Positions 37,987 to 48,635 are shown, numbered from the stretch's first letter. The stretch: 64,000 nucleotides of DNA from Fibrobacter sp. (GCF_045112255.1 NZ_JBGUHR010000015.1:863-64862), one strand, 5' to 3'. Numbers and translations are program-made. Notes: generated by a model from the letters alone, not told the origin.

Positions 37987-39069
37987 TCATCTCCATTTCA
38001 CATTCAGCATTTTCTTCATCCACGGGTGCTTTATCATGGAATAGCTCCACGGCAACTTATCAATCAAAATATCGTACGTCTTTTTCTCGACCGAGAGCAC
38101 ATCGGCCGCTCCCGTAGTTTCGATTATTCCCGGTCGTACAAAATACGAGCCGCGCAAACCATCGGGCGACATATTCCCCACCGCTTTCCAATTTGCAATT
38201 ACCGCCTTGAGCAGGGAATCGACAAGTTCCTTCTCGCTATCCGAAAGGCCCGGGAGTTCATCGGCATAATACACGGGCGTCACAGGCAAGCCACAAAGCA
38301 AATTCATAACAGCCGCGTTTCCAGGAGGCTCTTTGTAATTGCCAAAAGCGGCGTACTTGAGAACCGCAAGCGATTTTTTCTGAGAAGCCTCCGAGATAAA
38401 AGCGCCTTTTTCGGTGCAACAAGTCCGTTCGAAAAGAGGCGGCAAATACGGAGAAATCAGAACCAGGCCAGAATCGGCAACCGCCTCCGCGTTCTTCAGG
38501 GGCGCTGGATGATCGCTCTTCTGCAGTTTACTAGAGTTTTTCATCTGCAAAATTTTCTGGTAAACCACACATGCAATTTGCTGCCAGTCCAGATGCGGAA
38601 ATTCAGCCTGGATTTCCCTCAAGACCATTTCAGAGAAGCCAAGCGAATTAAACATTTCGCAATCATGTTCCGCTTTCCATTTTTCCAAGAAACTGTCTAG
38701 CGCCCTCTCGATATTGCTCGATTTTTCCATCGGTAAATATTGGCGATACACGTTCGCAAGCATGCTCGTGACAGGATCGCTTTTGGCCTTAAACACAGCA
38801 GTATCAAGCTTTGATCGAAGAGAATCCCGTAATCCGTCCAGAATCCGTAAAAAAACATCCCCTTCACCGTCGAGATTCAAATCAACCGACAAGGAATCCA
38901 GTTCTACATCGCCTTCAATGTGAATACCATCCAGAATTTCGTCAATACACTCAATGAACGGCCCGTTCGCAAATCCGTAAAGTTCGCTTTCCGATACAAT
39001 CGGATGCGCCGGATTTTCAAATTCGATATTCAAGCTCATATCATGAATGACGTTCTGCGATGTACTCAT
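37987..39069 (-). CDS. eCIS tape measure protein (Afp14-like)
   Basis: SGLVLISPYLPPLF, LLCGL, LLKAVIANW...SPDGLRGSYFVR.G, YDILIDKLPWS C-terminal signature. Confidence 0.85.
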   Translation of the reverse strand: MSTSQNVIHDMSLNIEFENPAHPIVSESELYGFANGPFIECIDEILDGIHIEGDVELDSLSVDLNLDGEGDVFLRILDGLRDSLRSKLDTAVFKAKSDPVTSMLANVYRQYLPMEKSSNIERALDSFLEKWKAEHDCEMFNSLGFSEMVLREIQAEFPHLDWQQIACVVYQKILQMKNSSKLQKSDHPAPLKNAEAVADSGLVLISPYLPPLFERTCCTEKGAFISEASQKKSLAVLKYAAFGNYKEPPGNAAVMNLLCGLPVTPVYYADELPGLSDSEKELVDSLLKAVIANWKAVGNMSPDGLRGSYFVRPGIIETTGAADVLSVEKKTYDILIDKLPWSYSMIKHPWMKKMLNVKWR

Positions 39070-40394
39070 AACCAGTCTCCATTCGAAGCTGTCAAGCCAC
39101 GCTTAAACCACAGTTCCATTTCTGGCGATACTTTATAACTTTCAGGCTTCCCTTTCATCCATTCAGAATACAGCTTTGCAAAGCCCTCTTCTTCGTCCAG
39201 CGTTTTCCAGAAAAAAATCGGGAGCAGATGCGCCGGGATTTCACTGCTGACAAATTTTTCTATTTCATCTCTAACATTCTTTTCCAATTTTTCCAGATCA
39301 GCAAAGAATACAACACGAACTCGGCCGGCGCCTTCGATTCCGAACAAGCAATCGGTATAATAAATTTTTAAAGGATCTTCGTTATCGTGTAAAATACCGA
39401 GCATAAGTTCCACATGCCGCCGCCAAGAAGATCCTACACGGTGGCATAGCAATTCCGGAAGTTCACGCAAATACTGTTTTTTACAACAAATCGAACGGTA
39501 TTCAGAAACAAGCCCCAATTTAGGGAAACGAACACCATACATAGCAAGCATTTGATTGAACGGGCGGGAATTACATTGTTTACAATCCAAAGAATCCAGA
39601 TCTACAGAAACATTTTCATCAATTGAATAAATATTTGGGAACTTTTCTAGTATTCTTAAAAATTTTCTCATTCCATCTTCAATCGGATAAAGATAGTCCA
39701 TGAACAATTGCGGATTGTTGCCTTCCCTATAAATAGCCGGGAACAGCTCTATTATCGGAGATAGATTGTTCCATTTATGATAATCGCCCTCTGGGAGATG
39801 TTCCCAATTCATTGCATTTTTATCATCAACCTTTGGCGAAAAACTTCCTTCCCAATTGATTTCTAGTTCGCAAACAAGGTCCCCCATGCAGCGCCATTTT
39901 TTCCACAAGCTCCAAAAGCTTTCAACAACAGCGTTTTTTATAAGATCGTTTTTAGGTTCCGCAACACAAATTATTACTTTATACCAACCATTATCATCAT
40001 CAATGTTAAAAATCACCTTTTCTGGATTTTTATACGAACCATCTTCTTTTTTATAAACAATTTTTTTCTCAAAAAACAAAGAATAATCATCCTGGGTTAC
40101 AGTGCATAAACTTTTAATGCGAGACGCACTGTACATGCCCTGATTTTCATAATTTATTTTTCCATCGGGTGAAACAAGATAATCTTCGATATCAAAACTT
40201 GACTTGTAACCAACCTCCGTCAGAGCAAATACAATCTGTTCCAGAATGGTAATGCCTGGATCATGGGCGTTATAATCCGTCCAGATTTTTCCACTCAATT
40301 TCTGCACAATCTCTATAGCTTTTTGCCGTAGAGCCGCATAATCAAAAGGTCTTTCCTCTTGACGAGATATAGTTATAAGATTAGTTTCACTCAT
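39066..40394 (-). CDS. eCIS baseplate protein (Afp12-like)
   Basis: DY..LR....IVQKLSGKIWTDYNAHDPGITILE; EIPAH near C-terminus. Confidence 0.82.
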   Translation of the reverse strand: MSETNLITISRQEERPFDYAALRQKAIEIVQKLSGKIWTDYNAHDPGITILEQIVFALTEVGYKSSFDIEDYLVSPDGKINYENQGMYSASRIKSLCTVTQDDYSLFFEKKIVYKKEDGSYKNPEKVIFNIDDDNGWYKVIICVAEPKNDLIKNAVVESFWSLWKKWRCMGDLVCELEINWEGSFSPKVDDKNAMNWEHLPEGDYHKWNNLSPIIELFPAIYREGNNPQLFMDYLYPIEDGMRKFLRILEKFPNIYSIDENVSVDLDSLDCKQCNSRPFNQMLAMYGVRFPKLGLVSEYRSICCKKQYLRELPELLCHRVGSSWRRHVELMLGILHDNEDPLKIYYTDCLFGIEGAGRVRVVFFADLEKLEKNVRDEIEKFVSSEIPAHLLPIFFWKTLDEEEGFAKLYSEWMKGKPESYKVSPEMELWFKRGLTASNGDWL

Positions 40395-41218
40395 TTTGTA
40401 ATCGATCCATTCATTTGCGTATCGTACCAGAGCTTAGTCAAGTGATAACGTACTTGAACCTTTTTTCCTTCCTTGAAATTACTGCGGACACGCAACTGGA
40501 GCGTGAACTCGAATTTATTTTTGCACTTATGCCAGCGGACATCGATCTTTGACCCGCCACCACCGCTGTATGAGCGTGTAATGTTCACTGACGGGTGCGA
40601 ATTGAACACATTCACCGCAATGGCATGAGTCAGCGCAAAACGTCCATCACCATCCAGCCCGCCGACACCAGCAACGACTTCAAAGCATTGGCATCCCGTC
40701 AGGACATCGGTCACATCATACCACTCTCCATCTGCAATGACTTTATACTTTTCATCTTCATAACCGACGCGGCCTCTAGATGCGATCATGCCGTTAACAT
40801 CTAGCTCACCTTTAGGAGAATTGCAGCCAATACCAACACTTACATTGGGCAAATCCATTGATGGATTGTCCGAGCGCTTGCTCACAAGCGTCACGGCGTT
40901 CTTCACGGTATCCCGATTTAGCCGCATATTTACATTCAAGGAAGATTCTTTACTTTCCTTATTGTTTGCAATATTGACAGACCAGTCGTAATCCAACGTC
41001 TTCTGATCCTGATACAAACTAATTAGACATCCGTCTTCCCCCCGCTGACGAAGTTCCATGCCGTTAGCTTCAGAAACGGCAATGCCCTCGTCAAGAGAAT
41101 TCACTACAGAATCAATCAGGCAGTGAAAATCGTCTTCAGCCGGCATGTTCCCTGCGCTAAAGCGCTTTTTCAGTTGTTCGCGAGTTTCTTTGTTGAGTGT
41201 ATTATTTTCTTCAGGCAT
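40391..41218 (-). CDS. eCIS tail-fibre-like protein (Afp13-like N-terminus)
   Basis: REQLKKRFSAGNMPAEDDFHCLIDS resembles the Pvc13/Afp13 baseplate-docking N-terminus (LK.KF..G..P...DF..LID). Confidence 0.65.
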   Translation of the reverse strand: MPEENNTLNKETREQLKKRFSAGNMPAEDDFHCLIDSVVNSLDEGIAVSEANGMELRQRGEDGCLISLYQDQKTLDYDWSVNIANNKESKESSLNVNMRLNRDTVKNAVTLVSKRSDNPSMDLPNVSVGIGCNSPKGELDVNGMIASRGRVGYEDEKYKVIADGEWYDVTDVLTGCQCFEVVAGVGGLDGDGRFALTHAIAVNVFNSHPSVNITRSYSGGGGSKIDVRWHKCKNKFEFTLQLRVRSNFKEGKKVQVRYHLTKLWYDTQMNGSITK

Positions 41219-44200
41219 TTATTTTTTCCTTATGATAAAGGTTTGACCTATTTCAAGCGCCCCGTACCCATTATTGACTGGAGTATCAATTCTCGTTTTC
41301 ACTTCAATAAAATGCTTTCGCATCGGAACAGGAACGCTACACGGAAACGATCCGGAAACAACACTATCATCCATTTCTTCGTCAACGTTTACATCAAATT
41401 TACGGTCATCAACCGATTTAATTTTCATCAAGGTAAATTTTCCACGGTCCACTTGTTTCACATAGTCCAAGCTTTCAATAAACGTTATGAGTTTTTCTTT
41501 TTGAATCGACCAGCCAAAATGCTTGACAATCCCACCAACTTTAGACTTGTCAACATCATTTACGGAAAGATACCATGGTGAAAGAAAACGGTTTATCTTT
41601 TCGTTCAAGTCCAAAATGGCCTCGCCTTCATTTTCAAGCGAACGAAGCACGATATTACAACGGACTTGCAATTTGTCGAAAAACGGATTGCGGACTTGGA
41701 CCTTTGAAATCCCAGGGCAATTTTTTTGCACAAATTCCCTTATTTTGTACAAAAGGTTTCCACGGACACAAGGGTCCCACTGAAAACTTCCATCATTATA
41801 CAACGGCGATATCGGGATTAGCAACAAGCTTCTCGGGCAACAAGTATCTATAGATCCATTCTCTTCGCTTACCTGCGTATGCGGGAAACATTTTACCTTG
41901 AGCAATTCTGGGAAATTTTGCAGAACCATGCGTTCATAATCTTCTGCACAGACGCACCGATTCTTGTTGTACAGGGATTCAGCCACGCGGGTTCGCATTT
42001 CAGAGTCCGTTTCACAGCGCTTTCCGCCAAAGGATTCTTCAAACTGGTAAACATTCGAAAAGCCTTCAACGCTCGTCGTAAGCTCCTTAATCGTTTGCGG
42101 CTTGCAGTGTTCTAATTCGGAGTCATCTTCAAAGCCCGAAACACGCTTGACCTCGAGCGACTGCGTGAACACGGTCAACAATCTTGAGCATTCCCTCCAG
42201 TTTTCTTCGCAAGGTTCAATCCGAATCCAGTAATAGCCTTTCGGCATCAAGCAGGAATCATTCACCATATCGTTCGGCAAATTCAGCGTCACGATTCCAG
42301 AAGACGTGAAATTCGTCGTAGAATCGGCCAGACGATTTTCATCTGGAACTGGAGTCCATCCTAAAGGACCGAGATACGACCATTTGCATTTTTCGTTCCC
42401 GCTGCTGCGCATAGCCGAATCACGATTCAGCAAGAAATAGAAATTCGCTTTTTTCGGTTTGCCCTTAAAGAGAATCCCTAAGTAAAGGATTCCACTTTCA
42501 AGAATGAACTTTTCCTTTTCACTGAAACCAAACGGATGCACAAAAAAGATTCCGCTATCCTTATGTCCGTCATTCAACTCAGGCAGGATCTTTGTTTGCG
42601 CCGTATAATCGGCATAAAGATCTTCAATACTTGGCGTATAAGGCTGATTTGGCAGTTTTATCTTTTTCTTATTGTCCTTATCCTCTTTAACCTTGCTCAA
42701 ATAGGAATTGCATATAACTTCCGATACTTCTCCATGCAAAAAAGCCTTGTCAGGAGCTACAAGCTTCATCTTGAAGAAGCCATCCTTCATTGATGGCGAA
42801 TACATGAAATATTCTTCATCTGGAATATTTACACTTGTATTCAAGCAAACAACGCTCTTGAACGAGATATCGAAATCAGGCAGAATTTCTTCGTCCTTAC
42901 GTTCATAGCCTTCATTTTTAACAGTCTTAAAAAGATTGCAGAGAACCTCCTTTTTTTCAGGAGGTACCCACGAACCGTTGTAAAGTCCGCTCAAGGCCAC
43001 CTTAAAATCAGATGTATGCGGAGGATTTTCATATTGACTATACCATTCTGAAAAATCCTTGCACTTCGGAAGGCCGCACCATTTTCCATGAACCGTAAAC
43101 GAATCAAGATCCTTTCCGCAAGTTTCCTTGCAGCCCAAAATAAACGAATGACCAAGAGCAGGAACAGGGCCAAAAGGCTGCACCGGCAATTCCATCGAAA
43201 CCGGGCCAAACTCATTAGAGGCGACAATACCGCGGCATTTGGACACATTCACAGCGATGTTGACCGATTGCAATTTCATTTGCCTATAAGCATACCAAAG
43301 ATCTTGCGACCTATGCGGATTCATCAAAAGCCTAAGCATCGGATGCTTGAACCGAAACTCGCCACCGTGAATTTCTGGATTGTAATTCACGATCGGAGGG
43401 TCGGAATCGTTGAGCGTAAATTCAAGAGACATCTGATTGCTGGCAAGGCCATTCATTTCATTACCAACGACAATCCTGTAGTTTTTGACATCAAGCCAGC
43501 CCTCGCTCGTCGTAAGTGAAACTCGAAACGCGCTTGAAAATACAGCTAAGAACTCTTTTGGCGCACCAGAAATTCCATCAAAGACCGTATTCTTTATAGA
43601 ATTTGGCACATACGTAAAATCGACTTTCACATTCCTTTCACCACTGGACATGTAGAAAATTCGATCCGAAATGCATATACCAAGCCTTGAGAACTTGGTT
43701 CCTTCAAGAACATCATTCGATCGGGTCAGTCCAAACAGTGGATAAGGCACCATTTTCTGTTCAACCGCCTGGCTTACCTTATAAATAGGGAGTTCCGTTT
43801 GCACAATCGGATAATCCGCAACATTCGAAAGCGTGAGGATTTTTGCAACCTTTACATCATTGAGGTTTGCATCGCTAATAGACTCAAATTCAATATCTTC
43901 GCCTTTGCTGTTTACACCCGCACTAAAGCGCGTCCCTTTCGGAAGCACACACGAAACATTTTCGTTTTCGATATCAAACGTGACAAAAGCATGATCCCCA
44001 TCAAATTCTCGTTTATCTTGCCCGAGAACCTTCCTGTAATAAAAATCAATGCGCTTATCTGGAAACTCGTTAATTTTATCACGAACATTCCCAAAGAGAT
44101 TCGCACTCGCAGCATACAAAGCAACCGCAGGATCCGTCTTGCCATCAGCGTCAATGACACCGTCCATCATCAAGGCGATATCCTTAGCATCGGCCTTTTC

Positions 44201-44374
44201 AAAAAAATCAGGAAGCCCTTTATCCTTTGATTTCTTAAGCAGTTCTTCTAAAATATTTTGCGTTTTACGGTTATCTACAACAAAATAATTCTTCTTAAGT
44301 TCATAGAACTCGCGAGTACGATTACTTAAGCCATCTTTTATTCTATAAGCTGCAGTCATATTCAAATTCTTCAA
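41219..44374 (-). CDS. eCIS baseplate J-like protein (Afp11-like)
   Basis: DP.VALY, FYYRKVLG, LPKGTRFSAG, PFGPVP..G, YYWIR, SFGG...E...R..E....K.R.V...DYERMVL..FP; start may be ATG 44359. Confidence 0.88.
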   Translation of the reverse strand: MKNLNMTAAYRIKDGLSNRTREFYELKKNYFVVDNRKTQNILEELLKKSKDKGLPDFFEKADAKDIALMMDGVIDADGKTDPAVALYAASANLFGNVRDKINEFPDKRIDFYYRKVLGQDKREFDGDHAFVTFDIENENVSCVLPKGTRFSAGVNSKGEDIEFESISDANLNDVKVAKILTLSNVADYPIVQTELPIYKVSQAVEQKMVPYPLFGLTRSNDVLEGTKFSRLGICISDRIFYMSSGERNVKVDFTYVPNSIKNTVFDGISGAPKEFLAVFSSAFRVSLTTSEGWLDVKNYRIVVGNEMNGLASNQMSLEFTLNDSDPPIVNYNPEIHGGEFRFKHPMLRLLMNPHRSQDLWYAYRQMKLQSVNIAVNVSKCRGIVASNEFGPVSMELPVQPFGPVPALGHSFILGCKETCGKDLDSFTVHGKWCGLPKCKDFSEWYSQYENPPHTSDFKVALSGLYNGSWVPPEKKEVLCNLFKTVKNEGYERKDEEILPDFDISFKSVVCLNTSVNIPDEEYFMYSPSMKDGFFKMKLVAPDKAFLHGEVSEVICNSYLSKVKEDKDNKKKIKLPNQPYTPSIEDLYADYTAQTKILPELNDGHKDSGIFFVHPFGFSEKEKFILESGILYLGILFKGKPKKANFYFLLNRDSAMRSSGNEKCKWSYLGPLGWTPVPDENRLADSTTNFTSSGIVTLNLPNDMVNDSCLMPKGYYWIRIEPCEENWRECSRLLTVFTQSLEVKRVSGFEDDSELEHCKPQTIKELTTSVEGFSNVYQFEESFGGKRCETDSEMRTRVAESLYNKNRCVCAEDYERMVLQNFPELLKVKCFPHTQVSEENGSIDTCCPRSLLLIPISPLYNDGSFQWDPCVRGNLLYKIREFVQKNCPGISKVQVRNPFFDKLQVRCNIVLRSLENEGEAILDLNEKINRFLSPWYLSVNDVDKSKVGGIVKHFGWSIQKEKLITFIESLDYVKQVDRGKFTLMKIKSVDDRKFDVNVDEEMDDSVVSGSFPCSVPVPMRKHFIEVKTRIDTPVNNGYGALEIGQTFIIRKK

Positions 44375-44377
44375 CTT

Positions 44378-44782
44378 TTAAATGCTTGCATCCGTCGCTT
44401 CATTCAGATAGAACGGGAACACCAAATTCATTCGGCTATTCGTCGAACGAACAACATAGACAACTTCGACTTTCAGGACCTCTTTCTTTTCACTCTCCAT
44501 CACATTCACATTTTCTACATCAACACGGGGTTCATTCATCAGGATTGCGCGACGAACTTCGGACTGTATAAGCGTAATCAACCGTAGTGAATACGATTCA
44601 AAGCAATAGTCCCTCAAGCGGCAGCCAAAATCCGGGCGCATCGTACGTTCCCCAGGATACGTCATCAGGAGAATACGAAGGCTTTCATGAATATCCTCTT
44701 CGAACTCCGACATTTTCGTTCCTGTATCCAAGAACATTACCGGGAACGACCAGCCACGACCTAAAAAAGATATATCCCGCAT
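44378..44782 (-). CDS. gp25-like baseplate wedge/sheath initiator (Afp9-like)
   Basis: FLGRGWSFP, EDI.ESLRILL.T.PGER.MRPDFGC, EPRV, N.R.NLVFPFYL.E. Confidence 0.93.
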   Translation of the reverse strand: MRDISFLGRGWSFPVMFLDTGTKMSEFEEDIHESLRILLMTYPGERTMRPDFGCRLRDYCFESYSLRLITLIQSEVRRAILMNEPRVDVENVNVMESEKKEVLKVEVVYVVRSTNSRMNLVFPFYLNEATDASI

Positions 44783-44783
44783 T

Positions 44784-45086
44784 TCAGCCCCCAATCATCA
44801 CCGTGGGGCAACCCACTACAATAACGCCGCCATGCGCTGTACTGTCGCCCATTCTTGCCGCAGGCTTTCCGCAAATCAGGACCGTCGCAGAGCCTTTTAT
44901 GATCGAATCAGGAGGGCCAACGCAAACGCAGGAATCGCCCATTACAGCAGCAGGCATTCCACCAATCAAAACCGTTGGCGCACCAGGCCCTACGACAGGC
45001 CCTCCCACATGCGGCACAGGCGATGGGAATGCAGGGGTCTGCATGGGACATGTATGCATATCTGTAAGTCTAGCAGCGCACGCCAT
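44784..45086 (-). CDS. PAAR spike-tip protein (Afp10-like)
   Basis: AARLTDMHTCP, PAAVMGD, KPAARMGD..AHGG. Confidence 0.95.
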   Translation of the reverse strand: MACAARLTDMHTCPMQTPAFPSPVPHVGGPVVGPGAPTVLIGGMPAAVMGDSCVCVGPPDSIIKGSATVLICGKPAARMGDSTAHGGVIVVGCPTVMIGG

Positions 45087-45094
45087 AAAAGCTC

Positions 45095-46882
45095 CTAATT
45101 GATCATCACCATAGCACCTTTAATAACGGTCTGACCAGAAGCCGAAACTTCGGCCTTGGCACTACCCTTTCCCGTAAAGCCAATTTTTCCATTGAACTCC
45201 ACGTTCAACCCATCCCCTTTAAGGTCGCCTTTAGAAGAAAGCTCGATTCCTCCGACAGCCGAGACTTTAAACTTCCCCTTCGTATCGAAAGATATATCTT
45301 TATTCGACGATACCTTAATACCGCTATCAGACATTTCGATCTTATTGCCCGAAGAATCCTCGACTAGAATCTTTTTTCCATCATCATCAAGTATAAATTT
45401 GCGATTACCGGGCGTTGCAATCGTAATCGACTTTTTTTCTTCGTTGAATTCGAGATTCAGCTTTTCACGCGTGAGGATCTGCTTGACATTGTTCTTTTGT
45501 TCCAAAGCATGCGGAGGAGCAAGCTTGGAACTGTAAAGGCTCCCGAGAATCACAGGACTCGAAGGGTCGCCACCAAAAAAGCCAAGAACCACCTCGTCGC
45601 CTACTTCCGGATAGAATAAGCACCCAACCTTATTCGATGCATAAATGCCCCCAAGGCGGGCCCACACATCCTGTTTTTCATTTTCCATTAGCGGGATATT
45701 CACCTTGACGCGGTTCAGCTTTTCAGGATCGTCATGTATTTGCAATACGACACCCGTCAATAACCCATGTACACCGCAGTTAAGCCCAGACGCAATGGGC
45801 GCCGAGGTCTCGAACTTTTCGTAGAACCATTCTTTAGGCATGCCAAACGAAAATTCCGTGGTCCAGATTCCATTGCGGACATTATGGTGGATTCCAGAAA
45901 CAAGCGCCCCGCCTTTAAAACGGTTTCCGACATTCTTGAGATTCACCAATTTTCCGAGATTCGCCTTTGTCGTCCCGACGCACACCACAGAACCGCAAAT
46001 ACGCGAAAGCTCATTTTTCAGCTGCTCCGATTCCGCCCAGGAATTTAGCGCACTCTTGGAAATCTGGGTGCTGGTCTGAAGCGTATTCGCAGAGACCTTC
46101 AGGACATCGGCAAGCTTGTTTCCCGTAAAGCTGTTTTGGCCCCCCAGAGTTTTGCTTGTGGACTTTCCAGAAACGACCTGCTGGGATGTCACATCCCAAG
46201 ATTTGGCAGTGACATTCTTGACCATGAACAAGGCATTTGCCTCCGCCTTGAATTCAAGAATATCCGTTCCCCAAATGAGGTCAACGTTAGCATCCCCCTT
46301 AGAGTTGATTTTTTCTATGGACAATCCACTGTCATCAGCCAGGAGCCAGCAGCCATTCGCCTCTGCACGAGTCATCATAAAATCCCAGTCCGTACAGTAA
46401 TACTGCAACATTTCTTTATGCACTTCGCTGCCCATGCTAGACTTTATCGAGACCCCATAATTGCCTATCAGTTTTTTTACGATATCGTCATCGGATTTAT
46501 CCAGGAAATTCGCATTTTTACGTGCACACGTCATGGCAATCGCCTTATGGCGGCATTCGATTTTCACGCAACAGCGGCCACTTTTATCAATCGATATTCC
46601 GTGGCGCAAAACGATCCCCTTGAAAATCGGAGTCGATTTCGTTTCATATCCAGCCTTAATTGTCACTTCGGAACCAGGAGCTAGCTCCTCACCGTCACTT
46701 AATGGAAACGAGCCATTGCTCATTTCACCGTCTTCTATGACAATAACAGCTTTCGGAATGGAATTGATTCCATAGTAGACGTCAACGGAAACAATCGGAA
46801 GGATCGAAGACAACGCCTTGCCACCCGATTCAATCACGCATTCAACAGGACCTTCTGCACTAAGAATTGGCGAATTACTCAT
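45095..46882 (-). CDS. VgrG-like spike protein (Afp8-like)
   Basis: QYYCTDWDFM..RAEANG, DPEKLNRVKV, VWARL, PEVGDEVVLGF, C-terminal beta-helix ending KGAMVMIN; start at ATG 46882. Confidence 0.92.
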   Translation of the reverse strand: MSNSPILSAEGPVECVIESGGKALSSILPIVSVDVYYGINSIPKAVIVIEDGEMSNGSFPLSDGEELAPGSEVTIKAGYETKSTPIFKGIVLRHGISIDKSGRCCVKIECRHKAIAMTCARKNANFLDKSDDDIVKKLIGNYGVSIKSSMGSEVHKEMLQYYCTDWDFMMTRAEANGCWLLADDSGLSIEKINSKGDANVDLIWGTDILEFKAEANALFMVKNVTAKSWDVTSQQVVSGKSTSKTLGGQNSFTGNKLADVLKVSANTLQTSTQISKSALNSWAESEQLKNELSRICGSVVCVGTTKANLGKLVNLKNVGNRFKGGALVSGIHHNVRNGIWTTEFSFGMPKEWFYEKFETSAPIASGLNCGVHGLLTGVVLQIHDDPEKLNRVKVNIPLMENEKQDVWARLGGIYASNKVGCLFYPEVGDEVVLGFFGGDPSSPVILGSLYSSKLAPPHALEQKNNVKQILTREKLNLEFNEEKKSITIATPGNRKFILDDDGKKILVEDSSGNKIEMSDSGIKVSSNKDISFDTKGKFKVSAVGGIELSSKGDLKGDGLNVEFNGKIGFTGKGSAKAEVSASGQTVIKGAMVMIN

Positions 46883-46889
46883 AAAGACC

Positions 46890-47528
46890 TCAATCAACCA
46901 ACGGAGGGAACACCAGACGCGTTCCGGGAACAAGGTGGCAAAAATCAGAAAGGTTATTTACGCGGGCCACCTGCATATAGTAAGAAGGATCGTTGTAGAC
47001 CTTGTTGCAAAGATTCGGCAAAGTATCTCCGGCCCTAACTTCAATGACATGCGTCAAATCAGGAGAACTCTTGTTTGATTCAGCTTCAAGATCCTTAAAG
47101 GTCTTGAACAAGGCGAAACTCAAGTTCACTTCAGCTCGAATCGGATGGCCATCTTTATCGAACAAAGCAAACTTGGTCTCCATTGAAAGAAGACGGCCCT
47201 GAACTTTTAAATCACCCCACAAGATATCGACGACAGAAGGCTCATGATTTTTTCCATTGTAATCGTAGACAATGCTTTTCAGCTTTTTTATCATTTCATC
47301 AATGGACCCATTGAAAGGCCATTTTTCAACAGGAATCGAACCGGTTGTATCTAAGAATATTTTAGGGATCGTAAGAACAGAGGCTTCGTACCGGTCAAAC
47401 TTTTTGCTTCGCGGTTCGTTATAATCAGAATACTTTATAGCATCCTTAATGCTATAATCCTGCGGATTAACCATAACCGAAAAGCTTTTGTTATTAGCCG
47501 ATAATGTAAGCATTCCGTCTGCAGCCAT
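46890..47528 (-). CDS. LysM-containing tube initiator (Afp7-like)
   Basis: NPQDYS, WG, LFDKDG.PIRA, SSPDLTH...V.AGDTL...C..VY.D...Y.QVA..N. Confidence 0.9.
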   Translation of the reverse strand: MAADGMLTLSANNKSFSVMVNPQDYSIKDAIKYSDYNEPRSKKFDRYEASVLTIPKIFLDTTGSIPVEKWPFNGSIDEMIKKLKSIVYDYNGKNHEPSVVDILWGDLKVQGRLLSMETKFALFDKDGHPIRAEVNLSFALFKTFKDLEAESNKSSPDLTHVIEVRAGDTLPNLCNKVYNDPSYYMQVARVNNLSDFCHLVPGTRLVFPPLVD

Positions 47529-47529
47529 C

Positions 47530-47685
47530 TTAACGTTCCTTCTTATTTTCTATAAATTCATTCACATAATCACGGCACTCATCCAGTATTTCAGTACGCA
47601 TTTTCTCAAGAGTCCTCTGCATATCATCAGAAGAAACTCCCGCTACATGGACATTTATCGTCAAATTCTTTATATCCAAGGACAT
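47530..47685 (-). CDS. Small Afp6-like (DUF5908-type) plug protein, 51 aa
   Basis: Manual translation MSLDIKNLTINVHVAGVSSDDMQRTLEKMRTEILDECRDYVNEFIENKKER; fills the gap between tube and Afp7 genes. Confidence 0.78.
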   Translation of the reverse strand: MSLDIKNLTINVHVAGVSSDDMQRTLEKMRTEILDECRDYVNEFIENKKER

Positions 47686-47686
47686 G

Positions 47687-48175
47687 TTACAAATCCAGCA
47701 ATTTAAACGAATAATATTTCAGCGTTATCGTTTCGAGAGCGATTTCGTTTTTCATGGCATCAAATTTTCCGAGAGTCCACTTTACAGGATAAGCATGCTT
47801 AAAAGCCCACGACACCAAAGGTTCTTCCGATTCACTCAGCAAAGAAACAATGACGTCCTTAGGCTTGATGCTTTCTTTAGACAGGGGTTCTGCCAGAATG
47901 TCTTTACACCAGTTAAAGAAAGCATCGCCTTTTTTTACGAAACCACGCTTTAAAACCAAATCAGTAAACTTGCGCGATTTCGGGACGTAAAAGCAGTTGT
48001 AATTGTCGCCCCCAGACTGAACCGGTTCAATTTCCAAAGAACATTCGATTCCGCTCACTTCACAGAAGGAGACTTGAGCATCGCCCACAGTCACCCTAAA
48101 ATGAAACGCAGCAGGAATATCCCATTCTTCGAGTTTATTCAATTGGGAGGATTCACCTTCAGGGGGCATACGCAA
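47687..48175 (-). CDS. T4 gp19-like tube protein (Afp5-like)
   Basis: PAAFHFRV, F.EVSG, LVLKRG, W.FKHAYPVKW, ALETITL.Y. Confidence 0.9.
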   Translation of the reverse strand: MRMPPEGESSQLNKLEEWDIPAAFHFRVTVGDAQVSFCEVSGIECSLEIEPVQSGGDNYNCFYVPKSRKFTDLVLKRGFVKKGDAFFNWCKDILAEPLSKESIKPKDVIVSLLSESEEPLVSWAFKHAYPVKWTLGKFDAMKNEIALETITLKYYSFKLLDL

Positions 48176-48182
48176 TTACCTT

Positions 48183-48635
48183 CTACTTATTTTCAACTTC
48201 AAAGCCTTCGTGAACAATTTCAATGCTTTCGATAGCAACTTCGTTGCCTTCGGCCTTGAGATCAGTTCCCGTTACTTTGGTGGGCCATGCATTCTTGAGC
48301 TTCCAGGTCACGGTCGGCGTATCGGATTCGTCCAGAAGGCTTATCGTAACGTCGGTACGTTCGATGGTATTCATCTTGATTTTCTTGAACCATTCCCAGA
48401 GCTTGTTATTGCCCTTGAAAATGCCCTTCTTCATAGTCACATTGCCGAACTTGATCAGTCCAGGCATCTTGACCACCGAGTAGACCTTGCTATCGCCAGC
48501 GCGATACTTGATTTCTTCAGATTGTGCGTCAAGACCAGAAACCTCCTGGAAGGACATCGTATCTTTACCCCACATTACCTGAAAGTGGAATTTTGGCATA
48601 GGCCAAATATCAGGACTTTGGTTTTCACCAGCCAT
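48183..48635 (-). CDS. Major T4 gp19-like tube protein (Afp1-like)
   Basis: WP.PKFHFQV, FQEVSGL, KMPG..K..NVT.KKG, W...NAWPTK, NEVAIES. Confidence 0.93.
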   Translation of the reverse strand: MAGENQSPDIWPMPKFHFQVMWGKDTMSFQEVSGLDAQSEEIKYRAGDSKVYSVVKMPGLIKFGNVTMKKGIFKGNNKLWEWFKKIKMNTIERTDVTISLLDESDTPTVTWKLKNAWPTKVTGTDLKAEGNEVAIESIEIVHEGFEVENK

